Assembly (NCBI RefSeq): GCF_001194135.2
Contig: NC_068989.1
Span: 76,968,482-77,032,481, forward strand
Length of the DNA: 64,000 nt
Direction: 5' to 3'
From: Octopus bimaculoides
Taxonomy: Eukaryota
The position numbers and the translations under genes were made by a program. This document shows, piece by piece, positions 54,141-64,000 of the stretch. Positions within the stretch are counted from its first letter, which is position 1. The number at the start of each line of letters is the position of its first letter. Under the pieces are notes generated by a model, which was given only the letters and a program-made list of their open reading frames with translations, had not been told where the DNA came from and ran no database searches.

Positions 54141-54955
54141 TAAGATCAACACAGACATGCCATGAAAATTCAAGTGTTTGCATTTCCTCACTAGCCGTCT
54201 GCTGCGCAGTTAAATATTCATGGTACATTTAATTCTGAAACCTGTCTGTCTCTAAAACTAATTAGAACTTCGATTAAAAGCTGACCAAATTTGAATGTTT
54301 TTAAAGTCAATATTAAATCTCTGAGCTACATGTTTATAGGCATTTAAATGTTTTTGAAATTAAGTTTTATTTGTGTTTTAATTTTATTAAAATAATTGGT
54401 GGAGAGAGAAAGAAGCATCAGTTGGTAGTAATTCAATTACTAAACAGTGACACAGGCATAGACTACTGTTTAGGGGCTAAATACACATATACAAAGACAG
54501 AAACCCACACACATGATACACATGAATGTATGTTTNNNNNNNNNNATATATATATATATATATAAAGAGAGAGAGAGAGAGAGACAGAGAGAGACAGAGA
54601 GATAGAGAGATGGAGAAGGTTATAGGTGATATTGAGGTACACAGGTAAGCTAAAGAACAGAAAGTAAACACTAGACAAGATGTACGATACGAATTTCATA
54701 GTCTTACCGAAAGATACGAAATATGTTAAACATTGGCCTTCAACACAATATAAACCGACTTTTGTAGTAGACGATTCATGACGGATAAAATTGAATGAGG
54801 TATAGAAGAAAGTCTAGCGAAAGCGTGACAAGTTCTCTTGGCTTACACCTGCATATTTTATGTGTGTGTAAATATATACACATCAATGTGTGTACATATG
54901 TGTGTATGTGTTTATGTTTGAATATGTGTATGTTTATGTTTGAATATATGTATGC

Positions 54956-54989
<34 letters not shown>

Positions 54990-55861
54990 GTATGTATATA
55001 TATATATGTATAAATACATATATATATGTATGAATGTGTGTATGNNNNNNNNNNNNNNNNNNNNNNNNNNNNNNNNNNNNNNNNNNNNNNNNNNNNNNNN
55101 NNNNNNNNNNNNNNNNNNNNNNNNNNNNNNNNNNNNNNNNNNNNNNNNNNNNNNNNNNNNNNNNNNNNNNNNNNNNNNNNNNNNNNNNNNNNNNNNNNNN
55201 NNNNNNNNNNNNNNNNNNNNNNNNNNNNNNNNNNNNNNNNNNNNNNNNNNNNNNNNNNNNNNNNNNNNNNNNNNNNNNNNNNNNNNNNNNNNNNNNNNNN
55301 NNNNNNNNNNNNNNNNNNNNNNNNNNNNNNNNNNNNNNNNNNNNNNNNNNNNNNNNNNNNNNNNNNNNNNNNNNNNNNNNNNNNNNNNNNNNNNNNNNNN
55401 NNNNNNNNNNNNNNNNNNNNNNNNNNNNNNNNNNNNNNNNNNNNNNNNNNNNNNNNNNNNNNNNNNNNNNNNNNNNNNNNNNNNNNNNNNNNNNNNNNNN
55501 NNNNNNNNNNNNNNNNNNNNNNNNNNNNNNNNNNNNNNNNNNNNNNNNNNNNNNNNNNNNNNNNNNNNNNNNNNNNNNNNNNNNNNNNNNNNNNNNNNNN
55601 NNNNNNNNNNNNNNNNNNNNNNNNNNNNNNNNNNNNNNNNNNNNNNNNNNNNNNNNNNNNNNNNNNNNNNNNNNNNNNNNNNNNNNNNNNNNNNNNNNNN
55701 NNNNNNNNNNNNNNNNNNNNNNNNNNNNNNNNNNNNNNNNNNNNNNNNNNNNNNNNNNNNNNNNNNNNNNNNNNNNNNNNNNNNNNNNNNNNNNNNNNNN
55801 NNNNNNNNNNNNNNNNNNNNNNNNNNNNNNNNNNNNNNNNNNNNNNNNNNNNNNNNNNNNN

Positions 55862-56068
55862 TGTGTGTTTATTGAGCGAAACACCTAAGCTCCACGTGGG
55901 GGTGATGGCGACCCCTGTTGTATTCTTTCGCCCCAACCTTCTCTCATTCTTTCTACTTGTTTCTTGAGTAACGCTGCGATGGACTGGCGTCCGGTCCAGC
56001 TCGGAGGAAACACGCCATAGAAACCGGGAAACCGGGCCCATGCGCCTGGCTAGGCTTTGAAAGGGTGA
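55862..56068 (+). mobile_element. SINE-like repeat, family F, 3' part
   Basis: ggcgacccctgttgtattc...gcgatggactggcgtcc...ccatagaaaccgggaaaccgggcccatg; the head is lost in the gap. Confidence 0.7.
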
Positions 56069-56881
56069 CGTTTATCGTTTGTATATATATAAATAGTTCT
56101 GTGTGTGTGTGTGTGTTTACGTGCATGTGTGTGTATGTTTGTGTGTATGTATACATATATAGATAGGCAGTTATATGTATTGATACAGTATATTTATAAA
56201 TATATAGTACTGCTTATAAATGTATTTATATATATTAACGTTTTACTTTGGCATAATGCTTTGGAGTTATGACACAATATACATGCTTTTGTCGTTCAAT
56301 TAATCTCAGGAACAATGCAGAACAATTGTTGATAACGTATTACACTATATCACATCACACACATTATATTCACAATGTTTAATATTTGTTAGATAATGAA
56401 AATTGTATGAGAAGACACATTGTAAAGATGCTGAAAAGTTTAGAATTTATACATAGCATTACAGAAGAGTACGAGTCTTGACAGTAGTAACCATAATGAA
56501 GGTAGCGAGCAACTCTCCCTCTAATTCTGTCTAAAGCCATGCAGATTGCCCGAGAGCGTTTATGTTTATATCCATATTTGCTAACGGCTATCTTTAATAA
56601 TTTGCTCGCTGGATTGATCTAAATATATAAAGATATTTCCTCCGTATGGCTGCTTTTCTTTCTACAAAACGAGACGTTACATTGCGGAAAGGTTATGTTA
56701 ACGAGTTCTATTTATTTATCACCTGACGAGATACGCCTGCACCGCCAGATGCTCCTGAACCAGTTGTTGAATGTTTTACCCGTGAAAGATCGATGCTAGA
56801 TGTCTCGAAACAATTGTCATGATTAATAATAAATTCTCGTATATTCCATATTCCGTGTTTCATGTGCCACACTCACACACG

Positions 56882-56942
<61 letters not shown>

Positions 56943-57041
56943 ATGTATATGATCTAAAAATTAGGTACGCTAGATAAGTACTGTAACAAGTTACTACGGC
57001 TCCAAGAATACGGCCGAGACGGTAGTTATGGAGATATTATA

Positions 57042-57080
<39 letters not shown>

Positions 57081-60000
57081 GTGTGTGTGTGCGTGTGCGT
57101 GTGTGTGAGCATATACATGTATGTATGTATATAAATATGTATATATATATATATATGTATACATATATATATTAAAGAATATTTGCAGCTATTTGAAGAA
57201 TATATAAATTTAAGGTTTATGTACCAGAATGTAGATACTATACATATTTACACACATATTTGCACGCACATATTTTGTATTATGTAACTGATGAAATCAG
57301 ATGCGAATGAAACGTACGACAGATGTAATGAAATGTCATATAAACAATATTTGATGTGTCGTATTTTATCTCTAATTTATATATATAAGAATAAATAGGT
57401 GCATATCTCTTTTTCTCTCCCTCTATATATGTACACATGTGTATACATACATTTTTATCACCTGATATGGTATAGTTGACTATTAGATCTGTGTAAAAGT
57501 ATGCAACAAAGTGTTCCTGATGATCCATCCTAAAGATTATCAAGTTTAATACGAAATGTAAGTATATTCACATAAATATTTATATCTCTCCTCGTGTGGT
57601 AAATTATTGGAATTTTCTCTGAGTAGCTTTATCTACCTTTTGGAAAATTTTTGGAAAGCAAAAAATTCATTGTCTGTACATAAAGAGACAAACCTATAAC
57701 AAACCGGAAGTAAAAAGTATGGCATGTCTAAATTTCCTGGCGACGCATTTCCTGATAATATTGTCAATATTAAATATTTGAGTAAATAACCAGATTTGCA
57801 AAGAATACACAGGTATGGAAGATAGAACTGGCTGTATCAGCTGTGTCTTATTTAGTGATTGATATAATTCATATAAGTATCTCTGCTGATCTAAAATAAA
57901 GTACTTTTTCTACGATTAATATCAAAATACAGACGAAAATAATTATCAAAATCCATACATTTCTCCTACCCACTGAATAAAATAATGTATGTGCAATTTC
58001 AGATATATTTTATAAAGAGTTTATTACTTTAAAATCTACCTTTTCCTGCAATAAAGTTTAGATTATATAATATATGTTGGTAAATATCCCATATTTTCGA
58101 TTTTAAAGAACTCATTTTGTTTCAGAGTCTGAATGATTATTTTTCTAGACTTTTATTCCTTTGCAGTTGTCGCACATTGCACTCTGATATGAAATTACTT
58201 TATCCTTTACATACTTTGTAGACTTGAAAACACAAAAGATATATCGCAAGATTTGAATTCATAGCATGAAACACTTAGAGGTTTTGTTCAACAGTATATC
58301 TATACTCACTATCCGCGATTCGTGGTTATTGTCAGCATGGTATATATGTTCCATAACCCATCATTTTATTTCACAATGTTTGAAAACAACATTTTAGTAT
58401 ATGCAGCTACCCAGGCAAATAGTAAAGATAATATTTCTGGAAGACTATTATTAAAAAAACATCCCTCCTGTACCAAAAACGATAACAGGGATATGTGCCT
58501 CGGTATATCTAAAGCTGCCAACTTATATGCAACGATCTTATGCTAAAAAATGTTAGTGGAAAATTTATTAATTTGTTATTTAGACAAATAATAGAACCCC
58601 GTCATAAACTACATTCATATACATAGTATTATTTATGCCGTTTTTCCAATCCACCAACTTCATCCTTCATTATATTCCACAAGGTTAAGGGTAGCATATT
58701 GATGTGAAATTCCACTAAGAAAGAAAGCCTGGGCAGTAGCTTGTAATTTTAGTTTAAAATAAAATCACTATGTATGAAAAACATTAAAGAATCACATTGA
58801 AGTTTTGTGCTTTTTTTAACGTTTGTCTTTCAAAAGTTTATTTCATTCTTTTACGATTTGGTTGATATACTCTTAGTTAAATTATTTCATTATATCAATC
58901 GGTAATGGATTAAATAAATAAAAGTAATGTTTATTGTTTCAATTGAATAATATCAATCATCTACAAGGTTTGACCTTTGTCTAATCGACAGCAATAGCGA
59001 TTTTATTAGAGGATAAGCTTTTGGTTTTGGCCCAATACCTCTATAAATAAATCTATCTTTGAAACAAAAGACAAATGTTATTTTAACAAATTAATGAAAT
59101 GAATTTCACTACCTAACTACATTTATTATTTTATTTTAAAATTTATTCCGTTATTTCTTTCATACAATCTGTTATTTTTTTGTTTCATTAATTTTCTTAA
59201 TGTATTCCGTTCCATTGACAGGTCCTTCCCTTAATGGCAACAATATTCACACACACACACACACACACACACCATTCCGAATTGATAATAACATTTGGAA
59301 TTAAAGCAACCAAATAATTGATTTGTCTTTTATAGTCATTTTCATAGAAAATAAATTGTTTGAATTGATGTAAATGTAATACTTGCCTTTGCGCACAGTA
59401 ATAAATTGTTTTTAGATGTCTGTAATCGAAAGAAATCGTGTTATTGATTCCTGATTCTTCTTCACATCGAAAACAATTTCTTCCTGATTGCAATGGAATT
59501 CCATGTACTGACCGCGTACCGTAGAGCCCATGCAGCGACACATTGAGGTATCATTGTATAATACTTAAGATATTAAGAAACAAGATACGACTAATATCAG
59601 AATTAATTGAAATTGCTTCAATTTCGTACAGAAATCGCATAATAGATTTCACTCTTTATGATTATCATCTAGCCTGGGTCTTGAAATTGTATATTTTCAG
59701 ATAAACATCGACTTTTGTTCCTCGTAATCAAGGAAGTGCTACGCCCAATCAAAACCGTGTTGCTCTAAATATTTAATACAATGCTGGTGCCATGTTCTAG
59801 TACTATCGGCAGAAAGAACCAACAAAAATGGTTTTACAGTTTGTTTTCACTACTGAGATCAAGTGTATCTTTGAACTGAGATAAATCAATAGGAATCTAA
59901 TCTTCAGTTTATCCTACATCTTGAGCTCCACGTCTTTAATGCAACTCAATTGATAATCTGGTTTTAATCCGGATCCTGCCTGACACGGCATAAAACAAAT

Positions 60001-60385
60001 TACCTTGATTCCACAACGAACAGAGGGAACTTGCAAAAGTGAACATCTTTATTCGATTAAAAGTGGATTACGCAATTGCTGGATGTTAGAACTCACCAGT
60101 AAGATATGAAGTTTATTTTATGATACAATGTTTATTTGTTCTGTGCGCATAAGAATAGTTAGAGTTAACACTCTCAAATTACGCAACACTCGTTAGATTT
60201 ATTTCTGTTACATCTGTCACTGCTACTACCACCATTACTGCCTCTAGTGCTGTTTATGCCCCGTCTAACGTCTTACTATAGGAAAGGGAACAGGGTTGTT
60301 GCAGACAGGATGTATATTTTATTAAAGAAGAAAATTCTCCTGTAAACATATTTTATCAATTTCAATATACTAGAAGGTGAGTGAA

Positions 60386-60590
60386 GGCGGTGAGCTGACA
60401 AAATCGTTAACACACCGGGCGAAATACTTTCCGGAATTTCGTCCGTTTTCACATTCGGATTTCAAAATCTGCCGAGGTCATCTTAGCCTTTCTCCTTGCC
60501 GGTCGATAAAATAAGTATCAGTTGAGCACTGGAGTCAATTTAATTGCTCTCTCCGACCCGCAAAAATGATAGCCTTGTACTAAAATGTGA
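60386..60590 (+). mobile_element. tRNA-SINE family A, full length
   Basis: ggcggtgagctgacaaaatcgttaac head through the gccttgtactaaaatgtgaaacc tail. Confidence 0.85.
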
Positions 60591-60637
60591 AACCAATATA
60601 CTTGAAGGTGAACATCTTACGTGTATATATATATATA

Positions 60638-60707
<70 letters not shown>

Positions 60708-61610
60708 TGTGAATGAACGCCAGTATCCACGGAAGTGTGTGCGCCGGTGTAACCGTATTTGTTATTTCTACATGTATAGACTACTTATATGTTAGTAGTC
60801 TTCCTAAAAATAAAATATAGATTTTAATTGCAAACGCCAAAACAAATTTCGATTTACAGAATTACCTTCCATGATTTTATTCTTTAATTGTGCATAGTAA
60901 TTCAATCTTAAATATCTCCTTAGGTTTGTTGATATTTTCTCGTTTTATTATTATCTTTCCATATTCAATTTTTTTGTTCGTACTAATGCTGAATGTCTGC
61001 TTTAAATTGATATACTTGTACTGAGAGTTCTTACGAAAAATCTGAGAAATCAATGAAGAAGTTAATTATTTTTCTCTTCATCAATATAACTACCGGCGGT
61101 ATCGATAGTATCAAAATGATCTTCACCATTACTGCTATGGTAATTTTTATTTGTATCTGACGATATTAGTTGTTCTGTAATATTTTGATCACTGTAGTTA
61201 ATTTACCAATGCACCAAATTGAATGAAAATTTAATTGTACGTTTACTATTCTCATTATAAGATTCAGAAAATAGAATATTTGACCTATTAAAATAACAAT
61301 TGCAAAGATCAGATCTACTCACGCACAGCAATTTTCAAAAACTTACAGCATTTTGATTAACCAGTGTTAGTGAAGTTGCCAATTTTGTTTGTTGATCTAC
61401 ATTTTAAACACCGTAAAGGAAATTCTTTTCATTTCATGTAATGGATAAATCGACGACTAAAATTTATAACTTACTATACGTGAGGAGCATAAGGTTTTGT
61501 AATAGTGAAGCCTTTGGCGCTGGCCATGATTCCCAGCAATATGCCTGACTAGATAATATTTCCACAGAAAAAAAATTGGTTAGTAAAGACAAATAACCCA
61601 TTACGTACTC

Positions 61611-61670
<60 letters not shown>

Positions 61671-61819
61671 ATATATATATATGCTGTTGACACCACCGGA
61701 TTGAACGGTACTGCTGAGATGTCGAAACCATGATGATATCCGTGCAGCAGCTGCTGGTGGAAGTATGTTGGATTATTGGTTTGGCTATTTTTGTATGTGG
61801 AATAGTATTATAACACATC

Positions 61820-61859
<40 letters not shown>

Positions 61860-62371
61860 GTACTTGTATGCCTTCATAGACACACAGGTGCACACATTTG
61901 TATATTGATACGGTGATGCAAGCGGAGGGTGATGGAGAACATTCAACATTCTATATCAATTTAATCATATCACACAAGCTGTTCACACTAATTTGATACA
62001 GGAAGAAGTTTCTTCGTAAATCCGAGCGCAGTGTAATTGAAAAAATATAACGTGTAATTATTTTCTAAATGCGATAATTCACTTTACACTTTGGATTACC
62101 TAACTAGGTCCCTATATTTATATTGATTTTCATGTTAAGAAAATAACATAGGAAATAATACGTAATAATTCACTGACAACCAATATATTTATTACTGAGA
62201 GTTACTATGCTACCGACAATTGAGTTTACGTATACCTACTATATAAATCTAAAGCCTTCACTACGCAAATGTAATTTAAGCATGCAATTTCAGCTTCGTT
62301 TTCGGGCAAATAATTATTCACATAATTCATTCATCCACCCTTGTACATTTTCTAAGTGTAATTGTGGATTT

Positions 62372-62665
62372 CAAATTTTAGCACAAGGCCAGCAATTTCG
62401 GGAAGCAGGTAGGTCGATTGCATTGACCCTTAGTACCCAACCTAAAAAGGGAAAGTCAATGTCGACCTTGGCGGAATGAGAATCCAGAACATTAATACGG
62501 ACTAAATGCTGCTAAGCATTTTTCTCGCAATGCTAGTGATTGCTTCCTTCTCTAGGTACAAGGCCCGAAATTTTGGATGGGGAGCCAGTCGATTAGATCG
62601 ACCACAGTACGCAACTGGTACTTAATTTATTGACCTCGAAAGGATGAAAGGCAAAGTCGACCTCG
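62372..62665 (-). mobile_element. Two adjacent family A SINE copies
   Basis: gcacaaggccagcaatttc...gtcgaccttggcggaat (62372-62540) and gtacaaggcccgaaattt...gaaaggatgaaaggcaaagtcgacctcg (62545-62665). Confidence 0.85.
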
Positions 62666-63351
62666 TATGCAGAATCCTTTGAATCTGCCTGGCGATCGCT
62701 ATTTTGTTTATAAACCAATTTCATTCCTATTCATTTATCGAATATATGAATACAAAGTTTATTTTTCTAACAACTTCTCTAAGCTTCTAGAGAAATCTTA
62801 GTCAACTCATTTTAAAAGATATTTCCTCATTTAAAAAAAGAAATTGTGTCATATTTGATAATTGATATAATAGTCTTCTATGGGAACGTAAAATTAATTT
62901 AGAGCCGTTACCATAGAAGAATCATGCGACACAGATATACTCATAAAACAAATATCGGATAGATTTTTGGAAATTGTCACCGACGTAATTCATGGTTTTT
63001 GAGGAATGTATTTGAAATATCTGATAAGAACTCTTGGTGAGATTAGCGGAAATGTTTTCTTAAGCCGAAGGAGATAATTACGAGAGTTATCAGTGATTTT
63101 ATACATTCATCTGGTGAGCAATTCACTAATGAATAGAATAATCTTAGAATTCTTGGTAAAATCACTATTCTGGAACTACACATTTAAATTGCAACTGAAT
63201 GAGATGTATAGCATTATAAGAGTGCTTTGTGCACTTGCACAAATTACAAGAATTTAACTGAAGCAAAAACAAATTTCAGTAGTTTTTAGTAAAATAGATT
63301 AAGGGAAATCACTACAGCTCGAAAGAACATAGCTAGGTCGTTCATAGAATC

Positions 63352-63635
63352 AAAAATGATAAACAATAAACAACTGCTATAGTTGAAACAAATTCATCTG
63401 ACGGTGAAAAGTTACTGTAGATTTTCGAAACCTTAATATCATATCTTAACCTTTTGAACCCGCCAGGCCGGTTTCCGGCCTGAGTGTGTAGTATATATAC
63501 TCCGGACGGAAAACCGGCCTGACGGGTTCAAGATGTTAAAATATGATATTAACCTTTAAAAAATCCACAATAACATTTTACCGTCAGATGAATTCATTTA
63601 AGCTACAGCAGCTGCTTTTTGTTAACATCATTTTT
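63352..63635. repeat. ~280-bp palindrome
   Basis: Left arm aaatgat...aattcatctgacggtgaaaagttactgtagattt...taatatcatat matches the reverse complement of the right arm. Confidence 0.88.
63450..63535. mobile_element. 86-bp TTAA-flanked MITE, piggyBac-like
   Basis: TTAA|ccttttgaacccgccaggccggtttcc ... ggaaaaccggcctgacgggttcaagatg|TTAA. Confidence 0.75.
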
Positions 63636-64000
63636 CATTGCATATACCCAATAGGCCGTTAACTATTTAACCAATAACATACCACTTTACATCGCAGTTT
63701 AGGCTTGTATTCACGGTCGAACTTCCGAGAGGAAGCTTCGAGAAATTTTTAATCGTAAAAATTGCAGAGCTTTGAATACCTTTTTGCTATAAACATGGGT
63801 GGTAAGAAATGGACAACCAAACAGCGATTACGAATGTCGTAATTTTACACTGAATTCATCACTATACTCGTGGCCAACCCTCACCTTACTGGCAGGACCC
63901 TGTACTTTGGTTGTATAGCGCTCACCAGCCACTCCTCCACTCTCTCTCTTTCTATATATATATACATATGTATATACATATATATATATATATATATATA

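Noticed and set aside
57703-57711. ETS-type motif ACCGGAAGT as a promoter
   Set aside because: It is a single 9-mer with no CpG-rich context, and the downstream ATG frames close within about 21 codons.

Overview
AT-rich animal genomic DNA from a gapped short-read assembly. N-runs are numerous and almost all abut microsatellites. The recurring SINE families resemble octopod cephalopod (Octopus-type) repeats, which is an inference from recalled families, not a database result. No protein-coding gene can be called confidently: most ORFs in the supplied track are microsatellite or N-run artefacts, and only short splice-signal-bounded exon candidates remain (minus strand 5379-5545; plus-strand chain 7561-11393; 20761-20833; 29870-30107). 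The window is dominated by transposon remnants: several mariner/Tc1 derivatives, a 2.7-kb non-autonomous Helitron, a Penelope-like RT/GIY-YIG fragment, R4/Dong-like LINE pieces and at least four tRNA-SINE families. The most notable signal is a tRNA-headed SINE whose tail carries a minimal hammerhead-ribozyme motif of the Penelope type, present as two inverted copies. There are also three long palindromic elements (17427-17942, 27491-27801, 63352-63635) and two unexplained diverged tandem arrays. All coordinates were read by hand and element ends are approximate.
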